A stretch of 63,958 nucleotides of DNA, counting the filler, from Fonticula-like sp. SCN 57-25 (lineage: Eukaryota): assembly GCA_001724245.1 (NCBI GenBank). It is 6 parts of 6 records of this genome, joined end to end, with 100 filler letters (N's around TTAATTAATTAA, not from the genome) between each part and the next. Parts side by side here need not be neighbours in the genome. Positions count along the whole stretch, not along the records: positions 32,708 to 43,210 come from MEDX01000230.1; positions 43,311 to 53,808 come from MEDX01000231.1; 4 more parts are not named here. The stretch is one strand, 5' to 3'. Of the stretch, positions 36,406-46,812 are shown in pieces. Within the stretch, counting starts at the first letter, position 1. Each line of letters begins with the position of its first letter. Made by a program: the position numbers and the translations under genes. Below the pieces are notes generated by a model, which saw only the letters and a list, made by a program, of their open reading frames with translations, was not told the DNA's origin and ran no database searches.

Positions 36406-37260
36406 TTACAAAACGTTCCACTTCTCCTCAAACGACGTGCAGAGCTTGCCGAGCACAACAGACGCGCTAAGCGGGTACTCGCTGACGGCAATAAACTCGT
36501 CCACATAGTCCGCCTCGATCTTTCCGTGCGCAAAGCAGCCGCACACAAAGACGACCGGCTCATCGGGCAGCTCCTTCACGTAATCATTTATCCTGACGAG
36601 CTTGTCGCCCTTGTGCGAGAGACCGATGCGGCGCGCACCCACGGGCAGGTGGTCCGTCACGGGATTCTTGATGACTTTGAGGAGCTTCTCGGGGCCGTCC
36701 GTCGCGCGGATGCTGAGCTTGTGCAAAAGTTGGACTGCGCAGGGTGGTCAATACAGTGACAGCATAGGTGATTCGGCGTACCCATGAGTCCGGCAAAGCG
36801 AGAAAAGGTGCGCGGGATGCGGGTGTGCGGGTTGACTTCGATAAGGACGTTCTTGGCCGTGCGGATGTACACCTGCAGGAGACCGGCCTTGTTCAGCGGG
36901 CTGTCGAGCAGCGTCAACAGGCACTACGCGGCGATCGTCAGAGACCAGAGAGCCCATTAGTTCAAGCAGCCGCAGTACCTGGTGGCAAATGTCCGGGCGG
37001 TACTCTGCCGGGTTCTGGTTATTCTTGGTGAGGATGTGGTGGTGGTCGTCGCAGTTGAGGAGCTCGTGCTTTCCCTGCTTGCCGATCTTGACGGTCTCGA
37101 GGGCAGCCGAGTCCATAACCACGATCAGGCGCTTCATCGTCTGCTTCTCCTACAACCAGTCGTTCAGTACACTATATCGCAACACGAAAAGCCAGCAAAC
37201 CTGCATCGTCGTGGGCACAAGCGGCGCCTTGGGCACCATGTCCATCTTGACGCCTGACAT
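36406..37260 (-). CDS. EMG1: rRNA small subunit pseudouridine methyltransferase Nep1
   Basis: [59 protein letters not shown] and YPLSASV. Confidence 0.96.
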
Positions 37261-37338
37261 TGTGGCACCTTATGAGGATCGATGCAAACTGATTTGCATG
37301 CCATGTGGGATTGTTCTGTTTGAACGCGTGATCTTGTG

Positions 37339-38226
37339 ATGGACGGTGCGTTTGACAAGAAGCAGGCCCGCAAGGCGGTGCAGGCGCTTCTCGCGTTCGT
37401 CGAGAAGGAGCGCGCGGCGGGCAACAAGAAGACCGACCTTATTTCCGACGAGGAAATTGTCAGCCTTGTGATCGCCACCTCGACGATCCCCGCAAAGGTC
37501 GCGAGCAAGCCCCTCCGCATGTACGTTTGATGTCGCTGTGTTTCGCAGACGGACGGCTTACCGCGCCTTTGCAGCCCTCTGCCGCACTCTATTACCACTG
37601 GATACGACGTGTGCCTTATCACCAAGGACCCGCAGCGCGAGTACAAGGACAAGGTTGCCGCCCAGGGCCTCACCAGAATCTCAAAGGTCATTGGCGTGAC
37701 CAAGCTCCGGCAAAAGCACAAGCCCTATGAGGCCAAGCGCCAGCTCTGCAGCTCGTTCGAGGTGTTCCTTGCTGACGCGCGCGTTATCCCCGTGCTTCCC
37801 GCTCTCCTTGGCAAGCACTTTTTTGAGAAGAAGAAGTGCGCATTTCGTGTGTCCCATCGCTCGGCATCGCTAACCGCTCGCTAGGCAACCTATCCCGGTC
37901 GATCTTACAAAGAAGAACTGGGCTCCCGAAATCAATAGCGTTCTTGGCAGCACATATCTTTACTACGGCAAGGGCGCCAGCTGGTGCGCTTTTCTTTCGG
38001 CGCTATTTTACCGCCTTCTAACGCGTTGATTGTCTGCAGTGCCGTGAAGGTTGGCCGCACTGACCAGACCATCGATGAGGTGTACGATAACCTTGTGCAG
38101 GCTGTGGAGGCGGCGGCCAAGTTCATTGAGAAGAAGGGCGAGCATGTGCAGAGCATGCACATCAAGACGACGAACTCTGTCGCCCTCCCGATCTTTGTTG
38201 CGTTGCCGACTGCCGCCTCAAAGTAA
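37339..38226 (+). CDS. RSL1D1: Ribosomal L1 domain protein (RSL1D1/Utp30/Cic1), multi-exon
   Basis: VCLITKDPQREYK, LRQKHKPYEAKRQL, LLGKHFFEKKK and IKTTNSVALPIF. Confidence 0.9.
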
Positions 38227-38378
38227 AATGAGGCGCTAACTGCAAGGAATTCCATTTTGCACTCTGTACATGATGCTTGTTTCATTGGTTCTTCGTCTTC
38301 TACTTTTAACCAAAACGTCAAATGATATATTTGCTCTTTACAAATTCATTTTTACATCAGTTTCATATACCGTACACT

Positions 38379-39148
38379 CTACCGCGTCGCCTCATAGAGT
38401 GACGTGCGCAGCTCGGTCAAGCCCAATTGATGCCGACCGCTTGTCAGAAATACGTGGGGGTTGCACGCGGCAGTGTTCTTGTCAATATATTCCCTCAGCT
38501 CCTCTACCCGACGCGCCAGCGATTTCGAGTCCACGGCATCGGCCTTGGTCAACACCATCTAAGAGACACGCATGAGCGACGACTTTGGCAACAGGGAAAC
38601 CAACGCACCTGAAATGAGACAGCGCCATTGTTGAGGAATTGCGCAATGGAGGCATCGATGTCGAGCAGGCCTCGCCGCGAATCTATCAACAAGCATATCC
38701 GACGAAGTCTGTGGCGTCCATTAGTATTCACAATAGCAGACAGTTGTGTATTGGGCGTACTGGGGACGCGATGTCAAGTATCCCTCGACCATCGCTTGGT
38801 AGCCAGCGCGGCTGCCATAGCCGTAACCAGGCATGTCGACGAGCGTGATCTCGTCAGCTAGGCTGAAAAAGTTGAGCATCGTAGTGTGGCCCTAGTCGCA
38901 GCGTGTTAGCCAACCGCAGTCAAAGAGGGGCCGCTTGCGCGCACAGGACGCTTGGCAGTCTTGACGAGATCACGCCGGTGGAGCAAGGAGTTTATCAACG
39001 AAGACTTGCCGACATTGCTTCGCCCGACAAACGCCACCTCTGGCTGCGAGCGCTCTATTCCCCGTGCAGACACGGCGGACGCCAGGAACCAACTCTTTTG
39101 CTTAAAGAGCGCCTCTGCCGCCAGCGTTGTCCTCGACACAGCCGACAT
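38379..39148 (-). CDS. EngB/YihA-family GTPase (GTPBP8-like), multi-exon
   Basis: [33 protein letters not shown] and VLTKAD. Confidence 0.9.
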
Positions 39149-39204
39149 CGCCTCCTCGCGCCAGTTTGCAAATCAGTTTGCGTCACTTGTCATCGAACAT
39201 CGAG

Positions 39205-40394
39205 ATGCTGCTGCCGTGCGCCGTCGACTACGCCCCGGGCGATGCGGGGACACGCTCGGATGCGACCCTGGCGGTTGCCGGCTCCAGAATGACCACGAGA
39301 AAGTGGAATGGCAGCCTGCAGCTGCACGCCGTCAGCGATGACGCCAACGGTGCGTGCTTTTTTCCCGCGCGAAAGGCAGGGCTCACGCTGCGTAATACAG
39401 CCGAACAACAGAAGAGGTGGAAGGCGTTTGGGGACAGCAACCGCTTGGTGGAGGTTGAAATGAAGACCGGCGCAGCTGCTATTAAGTGGTGTGTTGACAT
39501 GGAATTTGCCGTGGATCTATCTGCTCACGTTTGGGGTGCATCCCTCTAGGCTGAACGCGACGCATTTACTTGTCGGCAACGACCTCGGGCAGGTGATGAT
39601 CTGGGTCGTACACGGTACGAAATAATAGCACGACCCGCTGAGAATCTCACTATTGCGGTGCAGAGTCTCCTCAGCAGCAAATGACGCTTTCAATGGAGGG
39701 CTACTTTGAGGAGCACGTGGACTTTGTCACGTCAGTGGACGCGAGCGCCGTCGACAAGCAGAGCTTTTTGAGTGCCAGCGTTGATGGCAGGTACGCACAA
39801 TTACCTTATGCTTAATCAAATATTCACAGAGTGGCTAGCGTGCGCTATTGGGCCATGTCGCAGGACCAGCCGGACACCTCCCTCGGCCAGTACCTCGAGC
39901 ACTCGCAGGCGGTTTGGGGCGCTGCCTTTTCAAAGACCTCTGCCAATGAATTTGCAAGTGTCTCGCAGGACCAGCTTTTGAAGCTATGGGACAACAGGCA
40001 GACAAAGTCGACGAGCACGGCTCGTGTATTGTCAACACCGCGCTCCGTCTCGTTTAGCGCGGGAAATTCCGTCGCGGTCGGATGTGAAGACGGCCATGTT
40101 GTTATCTATGACGCGCGCAGCATGGATGCTCCCGTCGCAACGATTCTGCAGCACAAGCGGCGAGTGACGGCGGTTTCCTTTGCCCCGAGCTCGGACTTGC
40201 TCGCCACGACGTCCAATGACCGCGGTGTGAGCGTGATCGACGCGAACGGCAAGGCTGCGGTGTACTCCAACAACGAGCACACGGACGTGGTGCGTGGCGT
40301 GACGTGGAACCAGACGGTACCATCGAGATTCTACGCCGTGTCGTGGGACGGCTACGTTTCGGAGCATATTGTGCCGAGCGAGCGCGTCGCGTAG
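39205..40394 (+). CDS. WDR77: WD40 protein, methylosome protein 50-like, multi-exon
   Basis: N-terminal S.MT.R.W.GSL motif, EHVDFVTSV, ASVSQDQLLKLWDNR and HTDVVRGVTW. Confidence 0.75.
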
Positions 40395-40486
40395 ATACAG
40401 TGTATACAGCCATGCACAAAAAGGAGGAATATATTGAATTATAAATGATGATGATATGGAACGTACAATCTTACACTATAGTCATT

Positions 40487-41240
40487 TTAAGCAGTCGCTG
40501 ACGCCGAGCCTGACTTGGCCGCCTCGGAAGCGAGCGAGTTTGCGAGCTGCTGGTCCGCCTCCTTGGCCTGTCTATTCTTCATCACGGCCTCGGCCACGTC
40601 CTTTGGCATATAATTCTCGTCGTGCTTTGCAAGCACCTCGGTAGCAAAAAAGGTGTTGTCATTCAGGAGATGGCCCTCGCACACAACGCCCGAGCCTTCC
40701 GCAAAGAGGTCGGGAACGATGCCGGCAAAGGTGACTTGCACTTCCTCGCTAGAGTCGCGCGTTAGGGAAAGACTCAAAAGAAACAGCAAAAACGTACTTG
40801 AGGTCAGTGACAGCAAAGGTAATGGCCGGCGGGTCGTTGACGTACTTGACGCTTTCCTCGCGCACGAGTCCGCCCAAGCGGAACCGCTTCGTCTGCTTGA
40901 GCTCCTCGCCTCGCTCCTTCACCTCGGTCGGCGTAATATAAAACATCAAATTATCCTGCAGGGCGTCCAGCAAAAAGAACAACGCCGTCCCGCTAGCGCA
41001 CAGCGCCGCGCCGATCGCCCAGAAACGCCGATTCCGGCGGCGCTCCAGGACATCGCTCACCATGCGGCGCTTCGAGCCAGGAACCTCGGTGGCCATCCGC
41101 CGCAATTGACTACCAAAACCCAAAACAGATATCCTCGTCCTCGTCATTGGAGCTGTTTGAGGCGCCGCCAGCAGAGACAGCGAGCGCGCCAGCGCAGGCC
41201 GGGCGAAGCCAGCCACGCGTCCGAGACCACGCAGCAGCAT
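40487..41240 (-). CDS. ccmE: Cytochrome c maturation System I heme chaperone CcmE with mitochondrial presequence (intron 40749-40797)
   Basis: N-terminal Arg/Ala/Leu-rich presequence, TM anchor, [35 protein letters not shown] and [14 protein letters not shown] (heme-binding HxxxY). Confidence 0.95.
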
Positions 41241-41327
41241 TCGGTTATCACACGAGGAGCTCGGGTGCAGGCTCGGGTGTACAGTCAGCACCAAAACCGA
41301 CCAAACCGACACTTTTGTATCGGCGCA

Positions 41328-43039
41328 ATGGCGAGCGATCGACTGGTCGCGTCGATAGGGAGTCTCGCCGTCTACAGCCCGGAATACGGTCTTACAGAGG
41401 AAACGGAGGATGAGAAGCTTTTGTTTTATTACCCCGATAGCGCATCCACAGATATTAAGTTGCGCCATGTCGGTCTCTGCGAGGCGATGGTGAACTTTAC
41501 GAGGTACCACCCGCCGCTGATTTCTGTTGTCCCTGCGTGCTAAACCGCCTGATGTCTAGAACGTTCTCGCCGGATAAGCCGTGTGAGTTTGTGCACACGA
41601 CGCATAATCGTCTAGTGTTTTTGAATCCCGAAGGCGAGTACTGGATCGTACTGGTACGTCATTACTCTTGTTTCGCCCATGGTTTCCCTGCTCACCCTCT
41701 GCATCCGGTCCACAGCAAGTTCGCCTTCCCGTTGTCAAGAACACGGGCAAGGAGGAGACCACAGAGTACGGCGAGACGGACGTTCAAAACTCTGCCATGA
41801 ATGCGATCCTTCGGCAGGCGTACCGCATGTTTAAGCTGTTCCACGGCACGTTCGAAGGTGTCGTGCGGCGATCCAACGTCGGCGTGCTTCGCGAGAAGCT
41901 GTCTAGCTTCTTTGCCGGCTACCTTCCCCGCATGGACTTGGAGGAAGCGGACCTGCTGAGCGCCCTCGACGGTATTCACTTTCTCCCGCTTGACAAGTCG
42001 CTCTACCTGCGCGTGCAGTCGGTCATCAACTACACTGAGCAGGCCTTCCCCGACATTTCCTACACCTGCTTCTTTTACACGCATCATTTAGCCTGGTCCG
42101 GCTTGGAACAGGACGACATTCGCGTGCTCTACCGCTACCTTAACACGGCCCTGGCGCCTGCGACGGGGCGCCGCGAGGAGGATGCGCAGCAGGGAAAGAA
42201 GCGCGCGCCAGTCTTTGGCCGGCAGGACGCCTTGTACGCACGCGGCAACTCACAGAAAACGATGTTTCCTTGCTTACATTGCTCTGATAGCTTTGTTATG
42301 GGCGCCGAGAACTTGAACGAGCGCGACGCGCCCGTGAACCCGCAGCGCGTGTACGTCGGGACGGACTCGTGCGAGCACCACCTCATCATCTTTCAGGTAC
42401 GCTGCTCAGCATCTGCATGCACAGTGAAATCTGACGCGACGTGCCTGCAGCTTGGTGACGTCACAATGGTATTTTTGCTTGCTGCGACGTCGGCGTCAAT
42501 GTCCAAGGTCGTCGACAGCAACTATTACAAAGCGCTCTACACGCACCTGCGGCCGCAGCTGAGCGAGCTGAATACGCTCATCGGTCGCCAGCAGGCACGG
42601 AAACCTCTGTACGTCTGCGATTACGCTTATTTTTATTATGAGGCTAACAAACTTGCGGTAGGCCGGAGAGTCCGTATCGGTACATTTACTTTAACCACAT
42701 GAACCTTGCCATCAAGGCCACGCTTGGCGACCCCCGGTCGTCCACGATCAAGGACGCTCTCAAGATTCTCGGCGAAATGCACGAGGACTTTGAGCAGTCC
42801 AGGGACACGATGACTGAAATGTGCGTAAAGTCGCACAATGACGTGTGGATTGTCGGGAGGCGCTCGGACCAGCGCGAGTTTTACGTCATTATCAGCAAGA
42901 AGGACGCGTCGCTGGTCGAGATTAACGGTACGCGGCCTGCAGGAATGTATTTTCGGGTGCTAACACGCAGCGCGACGCTGTTTTAGATGAGGTCAAGAAG
43001 CTGTGCTCGACCCAGTTTGCAAACATCTTCTTGGATTAA
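41328..43039 (+). CDS. CCZ1: Vacuolar fusion protein CCZ1 (Mon1-Ccz1 Rab7 GEF), multi-exon
   Basis: EKLLFYYP...VGLCEAMVNFTR, YRMFKLFHGTF, GIHFLPLDK, YIYFNHMNLA and WIVGRRSDQREFYV. Confidence 0.92.
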
Positions 43040-43210
43040 GATTTTTAGATTTTTTATTTTTCACTCGCTCTCTTGTGGTAAGAGAAGAAATAAAACAGAC
43101 CGAAATATGAATGTGTAAAGTGGTAAAACGTACAACGCAGGATAATTGACAGATTCGCGTCAGTGCGTAGCGCGATTTGAGAGGAAAAGGTGTAAACAGC
43201 CTGCGGCCGT

Positions 43211-43310
43211 NNNNNNNNNNNNNNNNNNNNNNNNNNNNNNNNNNNNNNNNNNNNTTAATTAATTAANNNNNNNNNNNNNNNNNNNNNNNNNNNNNNNNNN
43301 NNNNNNNNNN
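43211..43310. other. Artificial contig linker
   Basis: N44-TTAATTAATTAA-N44. Confidence 0.98.
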
Positions 43311-43441
43311 TACGTCGGCAGCAGCACAAAGAGATTGGCCTTGCCGAGCAGATCGGCTGCCACGGCCACAATGCCTACGCCGACTGCGAGCACCAAAAAG
43401 AGAATGAAGAGGACATAGACGCGCTGCCTCTGTCGTCGCAT
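43311..43441 (-). CDS. 5' fragment of a probable type II membrane protein
   Basis: Basic N-terminus MRRQRQR followed by a hydrophobic signal-anchor, truncated at the contig end. Confidence 0.45.
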
Positions 43442-43499
43442 GGCTACTCCGGCATGTGGTGACGCCCGACTAGGTCAAAAAGGAAACAAACGATTGAAG

Positions 43500-43506
43500 A
43501 AAAAAA
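43500..43506 (-). terminator. RNA polymerase III oligo-T terminator of the tRNA gene
   Basis: T7 run on the minus strand shortly 3' of the discriminator base. Confidence 0.75.
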
Positions 43507-43514
43507 GGATCAAT

Positions 43515-43631
43515 TGCTCGAGGGGAGGATCGAACTCCCGACCTCTGCGTGCCCAACGGGGTTGTGACACCCCTGTACATATATGTTCGCATATATAAGC
43601 ACAGCGCTCTAACCAGCTGAGCTACACGAAG
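43515..43631 (-). tRNA. trnI-UAU: tRNA-Ile(UAU) with 43-nt intron (43551-43593) and mismatched acceptor-stem 5' end
   Basis: A box TAGCTCAGCTGG, anticodon arm CTGTG-CTTATA^A-CGCAG, intron at the canonical 37/38 position, T arm GGGAG-TTCGATC-CTCCC, 3' strand CTCGAGC-A, and oligo-T about 8 nt downstream. Confidence 0.92.
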
Positions 43632-43763
43632 GAAAAATTCTGCCAATAATTGTACTTGAACCTACTGCGCGATTGCACACTTTGCCGGCCAGTTTGCACC
43701 TCGATTACGCGATAGCTGCGCGATAGTCCGACTTTGTCAAGCTAGCAAATTCACGGAGTAGAA

Positions 43764-44621
43764 ATGGGTGCGATTGGATTCTTGGGAGGAGGCCAGATGG
43801 CCACCGCTCTTATCAAGGGCATTGTCAAGGCGAACCTGCGTCGCGCCGACCAAATTCACGTCTTTGACACGTCCAAGGCGCAGACCGAGGCGAACGCTGC
43901 TTTCGGATGCAAGATTGCCTCGTCTGCCGTCGAGCTGACAAAGGCGTGCAACGTGCTGGTCATCGCTGTCAAGCCCGACGTTGTGCCCAAGGTACGCGCG
44001 TCTGCATATTTGCGAGCTTTCTAAAATTTTCTTTGAAAGGTTCTGTTGGAGATTGCTTCGGTGCTCACTGCCTCGCACTTGCTCATCTCGATTGCCGCTG
44101 GCATCACCCTGGCCGCCATCGAGGCCAAGGTCCACACGAGCGTCCGCGTTGTGCGCGTCATGCCCAACACCCCCTCTCTTGTCGGACAGGGCGCGACGGC
44201 CATTGCCCTTGGCAAGTACGCGTCGCGCGAGGACGAGGCTTTCGCCCTCGAGCTGTTCAACGCGGTCGGCAGCGCGTACGCTGTGGAGGAAAAGGTCCTC
44301 GACGCCGTCACCGGTCTGAGCGGAAGCGGCCCCGCCTACGTGTTCCTGTTCATCGAGGCGCTTGCCGACGGCGGCGTCCGTGCCGGTCTGCCGCGTGCGG
44401 TGGCTCTTGCCCTGGCCGTCCAGACGGTCAAGGGCGCCGCCACCATGGTACAGGAGACCGGCGTGCACCCCGGCGAGCTCAAGGACCGCGTGACGTCCCC
44501 CGGCGGAACCACCATCACCGGTGTCCACGCACTGGAGCGCGGCGGATTCCGCGGCACCGTCATGGACGCCGTCATGGAGGCGTCCAAGCGGTCGGCCGAG
44601 CTCGGCAACCCCAAGCTCTAG
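43764..44621 (+). CDS. proC: Pyrroline-5-carboxylate reductase (one short intron)
   Basis: IGFLGGGQMA, IAVKP, SIAAG, VRVMPNTP, LSGSGPAY and VTSPGGTT. Confidence 0.97.
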
Positions 44622-44794
44622 GTTAACCCAACCTGCCACTTCATATTGATGCCTGACAGCGACATTTTCATGTTGCTCGTGCACGTATGGGGTTGCTATA
44701 TTCATCATTCAAGGCACTTTATTCAATCACTGCATCACCATCAATAAAGACTGCATTTTAACACATTATGTACACAAAAAGTTTGGGCGATGCT

Positions 44795-46646
44795 TTAGCT
44801 GTTGTCCGGGTCGGTGCGCGCGGACCGCTCCGAGGCGCTACTGCCGCCGTCCTGGTTGCTCTGCGCCCCGCCACCCGGCAGCGTGCCACTCGCAGCGGCG
44901 CCATCCGCCGGGCGATTCTTGCGAAGTACTTTGGCATCCAGCTGGCGCCATTCCCGCGGGAATCGCGGCATCCTAAGGGGTACCGTTAGGCATTCGAAGG
45001 TCAACAATTAAATACGCACTCTTCGAGAGGAGCAGGCAAAGGTTCGTCGGTCACGAAATAGGCGTGCTGAAGTGCCTGGGCCGCGGTCGGCCGCTTCTTT
45101 GGGGGCATCTCGAGCAGCGACTCGGTCAATTCTATGGCGGCCGCGCTCATATTCAGCCTACGACTGGGTGAGTAACCGACGCCAGAGTAGCGAGAGCAGA
45201 ACGCACTCGACAAGGGACTTGTTCAATGTCGACGGGAACGGCGCCTTTGGTTTCACGAGGTGATACCAGGGCAGCTTGATGGCGCCCGGCCACGCGGCCT
45301 CGTCGATGCTGCCGCACTTTTGGAATATCTGGTAGAGCTGGTCCACCTCGTCCTCGCCTCGGAAAAGCTGTGTTTTGCTGTAGAGCTCATAGAGAACGCA
45401 GCCGGCAGACCACATGTCCACCTCTGGCCCATAGTCGGTGGCGCCCAGGAGCAGTTCCGGCGGCCGGTAGGCCAGCGTCACGACGCGGTTCGTAAAGACC
45501 GACGGCCGCGAGCCGATCCACGAGTCCTGGTAAAATCGAGCCAGCCCAAAATCTGCCAGCTTCAAAACACCGCCATTATTAATCAGCACATTGGACGCCT
45601 TGACGTCGCGGTGCACAATCCCGCGGTCGTGCAGCGCCTGGAGCGCGCACAGAAGCTGATGCATGTAGCATTTAAAGTGAGGAACCTCGATCGCCACATC
45701 CGTTTGGCACAGCAACCCCGAGAGGTCGTGCTCCATATATTCCAATGCCAAGAAAACCTCATCTAAAAAGGAGTGCTAGCATGAGCATGTGCGAGCCGCC
45801 AGCGCGGGTCTAAATAGCGTACCGTTCTCCGTCAGCACGTCAATAAGCTTGATAATGTTGGTGTGGTCGATGCTCTGCAAAACTTTAATTTCTCGCACAG
45901 CTGCAAGGGGCAACTATCCATCGTCGTATTAGACCACATTAGAATCGTCGCTGCGTCTGTCGTACCCCGTCTCGCGACTCCTTACCGCCGCGGATGCTCT
46001 TTATCGCGACAGGGATCTCATCCCGCTCATCGCCGTGCACCAGCGCCGCCTTGTGTACAACGCCATACGTCCCTGCCCCTACGCGCCCGTACCTATGATA
46101 CGGGCGCGTCGAGCTCGCCCTTGTTGGAAACGCCTTTGTAGCCGGGATGCGCTGGACGGGCTCTAACCGCAAAAGCGACTTTGGCTTACCGGATGTCGAC
46201 GCCGGCGCGTGTCGCCTCCGCGCCGTCGACGACGCCTTTGCACCGCCACTATGAGACTCTACGTACACATCATTTGCCTGCTCTCCCACCATTTGCGCAG
46301 CAATCGGCGGCGGCGGTGGCGGCGGGGCAGCCTCCAGGACCACCGGCGGCGCCGTCCACGGCGCGGCAGCCGCCATGGCGGCCATCTGCGCCTGCTGCTG
46401 CTGCTCCCACATTGCGCGCTGGTAAACCTCATATTGCGACGGCGGCGGCATGCCGCCCATCATCTGGACCGGGAAGGCGGGCTGGAGGATCGGCATGACG
46501 GGCATGCCCGGCGGTGGAGGCGGCGGCTGCAAGCCCTGCGGAAGAACAAACGGTAGCGGCGGCATCCCGGGAGATGGAACAAAGGAGGGAATGCCGGGCG
46601 CCCCCATGTACGGAAGATGAGGAGGGCCTCCACCGGGAGGGTTCAT
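44795..46646 (-). CDS. CTD kinase of the CDK9/CDK12 (Ctk1-like) group with Pro-rich N-terminus, multi-exon
   Basis: GAGTYGVV, AVREIKVL, EYMEHDLSGLL, HRDVKASNVL, DFGLAR and FTNRVVTLAYRPPELLLGATDYG. Confidence 0.88.
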
Positions 46647-46812
46647 AATGACGGCGACAGGCAACCGCTCGAGTAAGGATGCGTTGACGCGGCGGTGCCC
46701 GACCGTTCTGCGTTCGCGAAAGTCGTTCACGTGGCCAAATCTATGCGCTGTCATCAATTGGGTGATTGATCGATCGACACACGTGAATCGACGAGGCGCG
46801 CGGCGCAGCAGC

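Noticed and set aside
40487-44621. Bacterial contamination suggested by bacteria-like ccmE and proC
   Set aside because: Both carry spliceosomal introns matching the host consensus and lie next to eukaryote-specific genes.
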